Shown piece by piece: positions 31,499 to 41,837 of a stretch of DNA of 64,000 nt. Within the stretch, counting starts at the first letter, position 1. The number at the start of each line of letters is the position of its first letter. The stretch is from an uncultured Verrucomicrobiae bacterium. Its GTDB lineage: Bacteria; Verrucomicrobiota; Verrucomicrobiia; Chthoniobacterales; UBA10450. The translations under genes were made by a program, and so were the position numbers. The notes under the pieces were generated by a model that saw only the letters and a program-made list of their open reading frames with translations, did no database searches and was not told the DNA's origin. The stretch lies in the NCBI GenBank assembly GCA_963815455.1, contig CAWFGO010000001.1:608001-672000 (forward strand). The letters run 5' to 3'.

Positions 31499-31668
31499 CG
31501 GTCAGATTTTTTTACAGAAGATAACAATGGAGCGAGCGGGACGAGCGACATGGAAGGTGAAGCCGCGAGGGCAGACGGCGAGCGATTTGGAAATGAGCGA
31601 GTTTCAAAAGTTAACGAAGGCCCAGAGAACCGCGGATCACGCGGATGACACGGATTTCCAACCCTTCG
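31499..31668 (+). repeat. Composite direct repeat, copy 3
   Basis: Same core plus gagaaccgcggatcacgcggat tail shared with copy 4. Confidence 0.85.
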
Positions 31669-31702
31669 CTACCTTCGTTGCCTTCTGTTAAAAACGCTTT
31701 TC

Positions 31703-31801
31703 TGTAGCCGCCTCGCTCCGTCGAGGCGTTCCCAGCATCTTGTTCTTTCCCGATGCACGGCGACAGAGCGCCCCGCACACGGCGGGCAGGCTGTGGCTAC
31801 A
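31703..31801. repeat. REPIN-like unit (tgtag...ctaca)
   Basis: Related inverted copies at 37983-38081, 42958-43034 and 43114-43189. Confidence 0.8.
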
Positions 31802-31904
31802 ACGGATCTGACAACAGGTTTTTTTTCCTACAGAAGATAATCTCGAAAGCCTTCGCCTACCGCGGCGGGCGGGCAGAGCGGGCGAAGGGAAGAAACGAGA
31901 AGCA

Positions 31905-32420
31905 TCAGCGGGATTCCAGCCAGGCAACTTTGTCTTCGACTTCTCGAGAGCGTTTGGCCCCTATACTTCTGCCATTGGTCTTCACAGTGCTTAATGATGG
32001 CATCGCGCTGTCCTCGTGCTTGGGCTGGAGAATTCGGGTTTAGCAAACTTGGATACTGGGGCGCAGCTCGGTGCACGTATGCCTTTTCAGCTGCAAATTC
32101 CTGGCGGGTTGAAAATCAAGATATCGCACATATTAAATGGTTTTCTGCTCATCAGACGTCATCTGCGAACTTTGTCGTTTGTAATCCCACACATATTCGA
32201 AATCTGGAAACGCCTCGAAAAGCGATACAGGAAGTTTCGAGGCGTCTGCTCTTAAGGCACTAGCAACTTCGTGAAAATCTCGATGAACTGGAGGGGGCTC
32301 TGCTAGTTTAACCGGCTCTGGTTTGCGAAAAAAGCAGTCCCAAATCAACAACCCGACCGCGACAACGAAAACGACAAGCCAGAAGGCCCCTCCCCTATCG
32401 TTCGTGCTCATACGACTCAT
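31905..32420 (-). CDS. Hypothetical single-TM protein (frameshifted)
   Basis: MSRMSTNDRGGAFWLVVFVVAVGLLIW...; continues across frames to EDKVAWLESR-TGA; more AT-rich than flanks. Confidence 0.5.
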
Positions 32421-32540
32421 TCGCGCACATTATCGCTGTCCCGATTAATCGCATGGCCGTTTATGCAACATTCAAAAGAACCTTGCAATCCATTTTCGAT
32501 AGGCGTGGATTCACCACGAAGGACACGAATTTGCTGCAAG

Positions 32541-32711
32541 GACTCAGATTTCTTACAGAAGTATAACAATGGAGCGAGCGGGACGAGCGACATAGAAGGT
32601 GAAGCCGCGAGGGCAGACGGCGAGCGATTTGGGAAATGAGCGAGTTTCAAAAGTTAACAAAGACGGAGAGAACCGCGGATCACGCGGATAACACGGATTT
32701 CTAACCCTTCG
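32541..32711 (+). repeat. Composite direct repeat, copy 4
   Basis: Same core and tail as copy 3. Confidence 0.85.
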
Positions 32712-32777
32712 TTTCTTTTTCTCCGTGGTAAAACATCCGGCCTTGACCCTCGCCTCGATTCTTAATAAATCTTTCCC

Positions 32778-33368
32778 ATGAAAGCCCTCCTCGCCTGCCT
32801 GATGTGTCTTGTTCTGACTGTGTCGCAAGCCTTCGCCATTAGCGGCGGACCATTCGGCGGTGGGAAAAGGCATGTGCTCGTCACCGGAACATATGCGGGC
32901 GTGCTTATTCCGGCTGTCGATCCTGTAACCGGCACGGCCGATCCTAATTCGATGGCGCTCTTCACCGTTATGATTTTGAGTGGCGGAGAGGGCTCCGGCA
33001 CTATCGCGATCTTTCGAAACGGGTTTTTCTATCCCAACGGCGTAATGCAAGCCAACGCGAACCCTGCTTCTGGAGAACTCAACGCGATTATCAGTTCGAT
33101 GTTCCCCAAGACATATATTTCCGGCAGTATTACTAATACATTTAATTTTAACGCGAACGGCCATTTTGGAGCGAACCAGAGCGGAGTACAGCAACCGGTC
33201 AAGATCGTTGCCAAAGAGAATCCATTGAGTCTGGCCGATATTCGGATCCGAGGTCCGGCGTCAATCAGCTATACGACTGAGTTGAGCACGAACAATCCCG
33301 ATTACGCTGCGGGAAACAGCGGCGGAGCCATTCCCTACATCGTTAGGGGATTCAAGCAATCCTTTTGA
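32778..33368 (+). CDS. Secreted hypothetical protein
   Basis: Signal peptide MKALLACLMCLVLTVSQAFA; GTYAGVL; ends VRGFKQSF. Confidence 0.75.
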   Translation: MKALLACLMCLVLTVSQAFAISGGPFGGGKRHVLVTGTYAGVLIPAVDPVTGTADPNSMALFTVMILSGGEGSGTIAIFRNGFFYPNGVMQANANPASGELNAIISSMFPKTYISGSITNTFNFNANGHFGANQSGVQQPVKIVAKENPLSLADIRIRGPASISYTTELSTNNPDYAAGNSGGAIPYIVRGFKQSF

Positions 33369-33394
33369 ACCAACCGAGCTTGGCCGCGATCGAT

Positions 33395-33939
33395 GTGCGC
33401 GCTCTAGTTCGTCCCAATCAACGGCGTCCCTACCTGGGCTTTACGCTGCTCGAGATTCCTCGTTGTTTTCGTCATCATCGCGATTCTGGTCACCCTTTCG
33501 TTTCCGCTCGTCTCGGCGATGCGGGGCCGGGCTCAGCGGGTGCAATGCATGGCCAACCTGCGCAGTCTTTACACCGCCACCGAATTGTACATCCAGCAGA
33601 ATGGCAGTTGGCCGCAAATTGCCACCGATTCCGATGACGATACCGAATACGCCAATGCCTGGATCGCGGCGCTAAAGCCGTTCGGGCCAACCCAGCAGAC
33701 CTGGATTTGCCCCACCATCCAGGACCCTGATCGGCAACCCGGATCTTTCCAACCCGGCCAATGTCCGGCTCGATTATGTCGCCACCACGTTCGACGACAA
33801 ACCGGTCACGCCGCATCTCTGGCCGCGTCAGCCCTGGTTCGCCGAGATCGGCGACGTCCACGGCAACGGCAACCTCATCATCTTCACCGACGGTAGCATC
33901 AGCGATTTGAATACCGTAGCCAAAAAAGCGGGACACTAA
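33395..33939 (+). CDS. Prepilin-type N-methylation domain protein (2 frameshifts)
   Basis: GFTLLEI(L)VVFVIIAIL, AQRVQCMANLR, WICPT and H.NGNLIIFTDGS. Confidence 0.75.
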
Positions 33940-34068
33940 AATCGACCACTGACCACTGACAACCAGACAACTGACCAAAGTCCCGTCGCCCGTGGTCTCG
34001 TGGTCGTGTTGTCTTTTTTCCTAATCTTCTGTTCAACTTCCGCCTCTCGTGCTAAAAAGGCGGCGTAA

Positions 34069-37000
34069 ATGAATCGTTCCAGCCCCGATCGTGCGGAGAT
34101 TCGTCTTTCTCTGGCCGTTTTTGTCGCTCTTTCCTTCCTGACTGCCGGCCTTTTTGCCCTGACCGCAACGAGCGGCACTCCGCCAAATAATGGTGCCGTC
34201 ATCGCGTCGTCTGCGGCGCCGGAGGTTCGGGCCAACGCCGAGCGGCCGGAGCCTCGTGTAAGCACAACAATTGTAATCAGCCAGGTTTACGGTGGCGGGG
34301 GCAATAGTGGTGCGCCGTACACGAACGATTTCATCGGGCTTTTTAATCGCGGACAAACGCCGGTCAGCCTGAATGGTTGGTCCGTCCAGTATGCCTCGGC
34401 AACAGGCACGGGAGCTTGGACCGCGACCAATCTCACGAATGTTACGCTTCAACCCGGCCAATACTATCTGATCCAAGAGGCAGGGGGCTATGGGATCACC
34501 CCTGCCAACACCGGATGCCATTGGCACCATAAACATGTCTGCTACCGCGGGTAAGGTGGCCCTTGTCAATACCACGACGGCCTTGAGCGGTGCGTGTCCG
34601 ACAGGGGCGACCATTGTCGATCTTGTGGGTTTCGGGCACAACGGCCAACTGCTTTGAGGGATCCGGTCCGACTTCCGCACCAAGCAACACGAACGCCGTG
34701 TTACGCGATGACGCCGGTTGCACAGATACCGATAAGAGACGCAACCGATTTTACACCCGGAACGCCGACTCCCCGGAACACCAGCACGACTTTACAGCCG
34801 TGTGCCCTGGTACCCCGACGCCGACTCCTTCGCCGCCCACTGTGACAACGAACACGGCAACCAACGTGAGTCATATCAACGCGACGCTGAACGGAACGGT
34901 GAATCCTAACGGTGCCAACGCGACGGTCTACTTCGAATACGGTCTCACCACGAGCTACGGATCTCAGACATCAAACCAGATTCTTGCCGGGAGCACCGAC
35001 CAGGCCGTTTTGGCAAACGTCGGATCGCTGACACCTTCGACAACGTATCATTATCGCATCGTGGCAATGAACTCCGAGAGGGACGACGATGGGGAACGAT
35101 GTCACATTTATGACCACTCCCCCACCGAATCCATTTGCCGCATGCGACCTCGTTATCTATCGCGTAGGCGATGGAGGTGCGGCTTTGACCGCTAATGCCG
35201 CTCCGGTCTTCCTTGATGAATATACCACAGCCGGTGGGCTGGTACAATCGATCGCGATGCCAATCGGCGTCAGTGGTTCAAATAAGAGATTAACCGCCAG
35301 TGGTAATTCGACGAGCGAGGGTCTCATTACCCGCTCGACAAGCGGTTCGTACTTAATGGCTACCGGTTATGACGCAAACCCGGGAGACCTCGTGACCGTT
35401 GCTTCGACTACGGTTAAGCGAGTCATTGCCCGCGCGGACGCAAGCGCTGCGGTCGATACCACCACTGCGTTAACGGATGCCGCTTCCAGTGGCAACTTCC
35501 GCGGCGCGACAAGTACAAACGGCACGGACATCTGGGTGGATGGGTCAACGGGCGGGATTCGCTACGCGACCCTAGGATCGACAACGTCGCTGCAATTAAG
35601 CACGGCGGTTACGAACCTCCGTGCCGTTAACATCTTCGATGGCCAACTCTACGTTTCGTCCATGTCAGGGACGAATCGTTTAGCAACAGTTGGTACCGGC
35701 ACACCTACAACCGATAGCCAGACCATTACTAATTTGCCCGGAATCGACGACACCGCCGTTACTGACCCTTATGCGTTTTTCTTCGCTGATCTGGACGTGG
35801 GTGTCCCTGGGAATGATACATTGTACATTGCTGACGGGACAGGCGGAGGCATCAGGAAATTTTCGCTGGTCTCGGACACTTGGATCGCTAACGGAACGAT
35901 TACTGCCGCTGGCTTACGCGGCGTAACCGGCATTGTCGACGGTACGGTTGTTACATTGTATGCAACGGCTAGTGGTTCGTTGTTCGCGTTTACTGATCCA
36001 ACAGGCTACAATGGCTCGGTTGCAGGGACCACGGCCACAGTGATTGCAACCGCCGGCACAAATATGGCGTTCCGGGGAGTAGCGTTTACGCCTGTTCAAT
36101 GCGGAGGACCGACCCCAACGCCGACGCCGACCCCGACGCCCACACCGCCGACCGCCACCACGAACGCAGCGACCAATGTGACCGGGACTGGCGCCACGCT
36201 GAATGGTACGGTCAATCCCAATGGTGCAAGCACAACGGTGCATTTCGAGGACGGAACCACCACCAGCTACGGCTCAACGACCGCGAATCAGATCTTCACC
36301 GGAAGCGCCGACCAGGCAGTATCGGCAAACATCGGCTCGCTGATCCCTTCAACGACATATCATTACCGCATCGTGGCGGTAAACGGTGGCGGGACCGTTA
36401 TGGGGAAGGATATCACATTCATGACCGCGGCCCCGACGCCGACGCCCACGCCGAGCGCGACCACTAACGCCGCGACAAATGTGACCGGCAATAGCGCGAC
36501 GCTCAACGGGACGGTTAATCCGAACGGATCGATTACGACGGTTTACTTCCAGTACGGAACGGACACGAACTACGGGAATCAGACTTCGAATCAAGTCTTA
36601 ACGGGGAGCACGCCGCAAAGTGTATCCGCCGGCATTAGCGGGCTGAATCTTGGCACCACGTATCATTATCGCATCGTGGCGATGAACGGTGGCGGGACAG
36701 TTATGGGGAACGATGTAACATTCATGACTTTGGCACAGACGCCGCCAACTGTTACGACAAACGCGGCAACCAGTATCACGAACGCCGGGGCGACGCTCAA
36801 CGGTTCGGTTAATCCCAACGGTGCGACCACAACGGTCCATTTCGAGGACGGAACTACCACCAGTTACGGTACTTCGACATCTAATCAGATGTTCTCCGGT
36901 AGGACGTCCCAAAATGTGATGGCCAGTATCAGCGGTTTGGTTCCGGGGACACTTTATCATTTCCGACTGGTCGGCACGAACAGTGGCGGGACCGTGAATG

Positions 37001-37953
37001 GCAGCGACATGACTTTCACCACCGTGCAGCCGGCGCCCACCATCACGAGCAGCGCGGCGACAAACATAACCTTCGCGGCGGCAACATTGAATGGGATGGT
37101 CAATCCCAACGGTGCGATGACCACAACCGTTCACTTCGATTACGGGCTAACAACCGGCTACGGCTCGGTGACTTCGAATCAGATGTTCACGGGAACCACG
37201 AATCAGAACGTCACGGCCAACATCAGCGGGCTAACGCCGAGTACGGTCTATCACTTCCGTCTGGTAGGCGTGAACAGTGGCGGGACGACCAACGGAAACG
37301 ACCTCACATTCATGACCGCGGCTCCAACGCCGACCCCGACGCCAACTCCAATCGCTACAATAACAAGCCCGACTGCCGGGCATCTGTCTTCGTCCAGCCC
37401 GACATTTACCTGGAGCCCACGACCAGGGACCACACCGACGGCTTACTTGCTCACGATTGGCGACGATAAATCAAACTCGAATGCGTGCGGTGTGGGCAAG
37501 GCTGGGGGATCAAACGTCTTCAGCTCAGGCCAGACCAGCGGCCTTTCCTGGAACGTCACGAATCTTCCCACGGACGGGCGCACGCTCTACGTGCGATTGT
37601 GGGCAAAGGTCAACGGAGCTTGGTTCAATTTTCCACAGGACACCGTTTACCAGGCCGTGGGCACCAACCCGATCGCGCCGACTATTGCGCCCAGGGCGGC
37701 ACGTTCAAGAAAAAGGTGAAGGTTACCATTCGCCGACGTAACGCCATGCGTGACCCTCCGGTATACTATGAGTGTAGGCACGGGCGCAACGCCTCCTCCG
37801 GATCCTGTCCCACCTACATCCACGACGGGAACCGCCTACAGCGTGCCGTTTACGCTAACCGGAAAAGGCTACAAGGTGATCAGTACAAAAGCCTTCCGGA
37901 GTTCGGACAATACCCAGAGCCCGGTTACAACGGTCACGCTCAAGATAAAGTAA
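34069..37953 (+). CDS. Large secreted protein: lamin-tail domain, 5 FN3-like repeats, propeller-like domain, C-terminal Ig-like domain (several frameshifts)
   Basis: VISQVYGGGGNSGA.YTNDF..LFN (LTD); TTNAATN..ATLNG.VNPNG..YG..YHYR repeats; PT linkers. Confidence 0.75.
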
Positions 37954-37959
37954 ATCATC

Positions 37960-38330
37960 GGCCCGCGGAAGATTTTCTGCGTTGTAGCCACAGCCTGCCC
38001 GCCGTGTGGGGGGCGCTCTGTCGCCGTGCATCGGGAGGAACAGGACGCCAGGAACGCCTCGACTAGAGCGAGCCGGCTACAGAAAACCATTTTTACCACA
38101 GAAAGGAAGCGAAGAGAAGATCGAGACGGATCGGCCGCGGTGGACAGAACCCTACATTTGTGTTTTATCCACGAAGAGCACGAAGGACACGGAGAGAAGA
38201 AGAGGACCGCGGATTACGCGGATTTACGCGGATGGACAGAATCTTTACAGAAGGAAACCCGAGCGATGCTCCGGCTTGGTAAAATCCCTCACCAGAAATT
38301 CGTGTGTCTTCGTGTTCATTCGTGGTTGTC
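37960..38330. repeat. Dense cluster of REPIN-like and 9-mer repeats
   Basis: tgtagcc...ggctaca; cacgaagagcacgaagga and its inverted ttcgtgtgtcttcgtg; cgcggattacgcggat. Confidence 0.7.
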
Positions 38331-38386
38331 GTTAGATGGTGTGCAGGCTTGCCCAAACAGCTCGCGGGCCTTACACTTCCGTCCTG

Positions 38387-38605
38387 ATGCAAACAATTGA
38401 GGCAGTGATCGATGAGGCGGGCAAAGTTCGCTTGCTCGAAGATGTGCGTCTGCCCGCGGGGCGCCGCGCTGTCGTGACCATCCTTGAAGAGGACGCGAAT
38501 GGGCATCCGGCCGAACTGGCGCTTCTCAGTGAAAGCGCGCTTTCCGAAGATTGGAATCGTCCGGAGGAGGATGCAGCGTGGGCTCATTTGCAGCAGGATC
38601 GGTAG
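38387..38605 (+). CDS. Putative antitoxin
   Basis: MQTIEAVID..G.VRLLE.V.L...RRAVVTIL...WNRPEEDAAW; TTGCCC-17-TACACT promoter upstream. Confidence 0.75.
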   Translation: MQTIEAVIDEAGKVRLLEDVRLPAGRRAVVTILEEDANGHPAELALLSESALSEDWNRPEEDAAWAHLQQDR

Positions 38606-38917
38606 TCCTGGTTTCGCTTTCCTTTCTCCGATTTGTCGCAGGCCAAACTGCGACCTGCCATCGTGGTGAGCGAGTCCGGTCGCGGTGATTGGCTGCTCTG
38701 CCAGATTACAAGTAATCCGTACGCCGACTCGCGGACTGTCGAGATCGTCGACGCGGATTTCCAGACGGGATCGATTAGGCGCACCAGTTATGCCCGAGTC
38801 GCAAAACTGTTTACCGCGCATGAAAGTTTGATCTTTTCGGAAGTCGGAGTTCTTCGCGAGGAATCGTTGAAGCGGGTTATTGATGCCATTGTTCAGTTCC
38901 TTCATTCGAAGAACTGA
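38578..38917 (+). CDS. PemK/MazF family toxin (frameshift near 38612)
   Basis: GSVVLV(R)FPFSDLSQAKLRPAIVV...LCQITS. Confidence 0.85.
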
Positions 38918-38934
38918 ACTCGGACTGCCCACCG

Positions 38935-39215
38935 AAGATTCAACTGCGGATAACGCGGATGGGCAGAATGAACGGAAGGCAACGAAGGGAAGGAAGGAAG
39001 AGCGGACAGAATTAACAAAATTGTACAGAATCAAAGACCCGGGATTCCGTTCATTCGGTGCATTCCGTCGAACAATTGTCTGCTGTGGTCCTTTGTTCCC
39101 TTCGTTATCTTCTGTAAGAATCTGCCGCCCATTGTCTTTTCAGTGCATCTGCGCGGACATGCGGAAGCATGTCCCTCCGACATTTGACTTCTGACTTCTG
39201 ACCTCTGACTTCTGG
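38935..39215. repeat. Cluster of 7-9-mer and REP-like repeats
   Basis: gcggataacgcggat, gaaggcaacgaagg, ggacatgcggaagcatgtccctcc and (tctgact)n. Confidence 0.65.
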
Positions 39216-39219
39216 ACAT

Positions 39220-39924
39220 ATGCCTGCGATCGGGATTACCGGCGGAATTTCTACGGGGAAGAGCACGCTTTGCGCTTGCCTGCGTGAGCTGCTCCCAGAC
39301 GCGAAATTTTTCGATGCCGACCAGGCCGCGCGTGCGCTTGTCGATCTTGCCGAGGTCAAACAAGAGCTGGCCGCCGAATTTGGGACTGAGATTTTTCTAC
39401 CGAGCGGTCCGGACGACGCTCAGAGAGCGCCGCTACAGCAGGACTTGAACCGGAGCGCTCTTCGGACGATAGTCTTCCAGGACGCGGCGAAAAAACGCGC
39501 GCTCGAACAAATTCTTCATCCGCGGATTCGCCGTCAATGGAGTGTGCTCGCGGAAACGCATCGTAATTCTCCCGATTTTTTCCTGGCTGATATTCCCCTT
39601 CTTTATGAGACCGGCGGTGAAACTCTGTGCGATCGAGTGGTGGTGGTGGCGTGTTCGAGGAAGATCCAGTTGGCCAGATTGCGGGAGCGATTATCGTCGG
39701 GTAGGGTGCGCTCGCCGAGCGCGCCGGACGGCCCGGCGGTCCGTCCCTACCAGAACGGGACGCAGCGGCGGGCTGTTTCTACCGTGGACGCCGAGCAAAT
39801 AATTGAGTCACAAATGCCTCTCGGAGAAAAAATCAGACGGGCCGATCACGTTGTTTGGAACAACGGGGAGCGATCGGTGCTGGTGGAGCAGGCCAGGAGT
39901 CTGGTGGGGCTTTGGGGGAAGTAA
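39220..39924 (+). CDS. coaE: Dephospho-CoA kinase with repeat-derived insertions
   Basis: IGITGGISTGKST, DAD, LEQILHPRI, DIPLLYE and SQMP..EK..RADHVV.N. Confidence 0.92.
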   Translation: MPAIGITGGISTGKSTLCACLRELLPDAKFFDADQAARALVDLAEVKQELAAEFGTEIFLPSGPDDAQRAPLQQDLNRSALRTIVFQDAAKKRALEQILHPRIRRQWSVLAETHRNSPDFFLADIPLLYETGGETLCDRVVVVACSRKIQLARLRERLSSGRVRSPSAPDGPAVRPYQNGTQRRAVSTVDAEQIIESQMPLGEKIRRADHVVWNNGERSVLVEQARSLVGLWGK

Positions 39925-40058
39925 TTACGAATCGGGAAGGCAGAGAATTTTTGACCACGGATTGCACGGATGATGGGGGCAGAAAGCATGTCGACGATTT
40001 TGGACACGAATTACACGGATTTAAACGGATCACTTTTCACTGACGAAAATTTTTACGA

Positions 40059-41657
40059 ATGGATGAGAGCATATTAGGGATGGAAGAAGAAAACCCGCCT
40101 TCGGATGGCTCCGGCGCGGCAGGCGCTCAACGTCCAACGTCCAACGCCCAACCCGCCTCCGCCTCGGACGGGCTCCGCCGTGGCGAGCGCCCAATGGGGG
40201 AATCGGATTCGCAGGCATTGGACGTTGAACGTTCAGCGTTGAGCGTTGAGCGTTGTCAGGATAATCCGGATAAAGCCGGGGAGCCGGGGTCAACGACCCC
40301 GGCTACAACTCAGGATGTCGATCATGCGGCCGCGGCCGGCATGGCCGCCACTACACCGGGGTCGACGACCCCGGCTACAACTGCAGCTGCGCCGCCGCCG
40401 CGCGCGCTCGATCTTAACCAGCTGCAAAAGTCGTCGAGCGACGAGCTCAAAGCACTGGCTCGCGAACTCGATCTGCATCTGCATGCGACGCGCTCTGCGC
40501 ATCAGCAGATTCTCGATCTTGCGCGACACGCGTTGAGCCGCGGCGGGACAGTCACGGCGGAGGGTTGGTTCGATAAGACGAGCGAATCTCTCGGAATGTT
40601 GCGCTGGCCGGCCTTGAACTTTTTGCCAGTGCCCGAGGATGTATGCGTTCCCCGCGCGATTGTTCAGCAGTTTCATCTGCGCCCGGGTCATCTGCTGGCC
40701 GGCACGGTGCGGCTCCCGCGCGACCGCGAGAAAGGTCTCGTGCTCGATCAGGTTACCGCGATCGAAGGCGAGCCGGCGGAGAAATGGATCGAGCCGCCCG
40801 ATTTCGATAAGCTGACCCCGCAATTTCCGCAGGGCCGGATCATGCTGGAAAATCCGCAGACGAACTCGATCAGCGCACGCGCGGTCGATCTTCTGGCGCC
40901 GCTGGGGCGCGGGCAGCGTGGCTTGATCGTGGCGCCGCCGCGCGTGGGCAAAACGATCCTGCTCAAGGAAATCGCCAAAGCGATTCGGGCAAATTATCCG
41001 GAGATCGTGCTGATCATGTTGCTGGTGGACGAGCGCCCGGAGGAAGTGACCGATCTGGAGCGGGAGATCAACTGCCAGATTTATCATTCCAACTTCGACG
41101 AAACGGTGCATCGCCACGTGGAAGTGGCGGAGATGGTGCTGGAACGGGCGAAGCGCCTGGTGGAATTAAAAAAGGACGTGGTGATCCTGCTCGACAGCAT
41201 CACTCGATTGTCCCGCGGGTATAATAATCTGCAGCCCTCCAAGGGGCGGACCATGTCGGGCGGCGTGGAAGCCAAAGCGTTGACCAAACCGAAAAAGTTT
41301 TTCGGTTCGGCGCGCAATGTGGAAGAAGGCGGCAGTCTCACCGTGCTGGCCACGGCCCTGACCGAGACCGGCAGCCGGATGGACCAGTTGATTTTCGAAG
41401 AGTTCAAAGGCACGGGCAACATGGAACTGCATCTGGACCGGGGGTTGCAGGAGAAGCGATTGTATCCGGCGATTCATCCATTGATGTCGGCCACGCGGCG
41501 CGAGGAATTATTGTATCATCCCGACGAATGGGAGCGGGTGCTCCTGCTGCGCAAGACCATGGCGGACCTTCCCCCGCTCGAAGCGATGGAAAAATTGATC
41601 GAAAACCTGACAGTGACCAAGACGAATGCGGAATTGCTGCTGAGCGGATTGAAATGA
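40059..41657 (+). CDS. rho: Transcription termination factor Rho (repeat-built N-terminal extension)
   Basis: GRGQRGLIVAPPRVGKT, LVDERPEEVTD, LLDSITRL, EEFKGTGNME and TRREELL. Confidence 0.92.
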   Translation: MDESILGMEEENPPSDGSGAAGAQRPTSNAQPASASDGLRRGERPMGESDSQALDVERSALSVERCQDNPDKAGEPGSTTPATTQDVDHAAAAGMAATTPGSTTPATTAAAPPPRALDLNQLQKSSSDELKALARELDLHLHATRSAHQQILDLARHALSRGGTVTAEGWFDKTSESLGMLRWPALNFLPVPEDVCVPRAIVQQFHLRPGHLLAGTVRLPRDREKGLVLDQVTAIEGEPAEKWIEPPDFDKLTPQFPQGRIMLENPQTNSISARAVDLLAPLGRGQRGLIVAPPRVGKTILLKEIAKAIRANYPEIVLIMLLVDERPEEVTDLEREINCQIYHSNFDETVHRHVEVAEMVLERAKRLVELKKDVVILLDSITRLSRGYNNLQPSKGRTMSGGVEAKALTKPKKFFGSARNVEEGGSLTVLATALTETGSRMDQLIFEEFKGTGNMELHLDRGLQEKRLYPAIHPLMSATRREELLYHPDEWERVLLLRKTMADLPPLEAMEKLIENLTVTKTNAELLLSGLK

Positions 41658-41837
41658 TGTACGGAAATGACGAAGCTCGAATGACGAATGACGAAGGAAG
41701 GCACGAATTCTCAAATGACGAAGGAGCACGCGGGGCGTTCCCATCGTCATTCGGATTCCGTTAAAGGCAGTGTAGTGGCGGGCGTGTCGCCCGCACCGGC
41801 TATTACTGCGCGCCCGACACGGGCGCCTCTACACCAG

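Noticed and set aside
30228..31927. Small ORFs sharing PNRSPSTLAASPS or EGEAARVDGERFG peptides as a paralogous microprotein family
   Set aside because: The similarity is explained by the DNA repeat; starts and frames are inconsistent between copies
30463..32711. Four direct repeats as a CRISPR array
   Set aside because: Units exceed 100 bp, spacing is irregular (about 100-900 bp) and there are no cas genes
41688..41837. N-terminal extension of rnd
   Set aside because: Made of heptamer and REPIN sequence; GTG41838 gives a normal RNase D start, so it is probably intergenic
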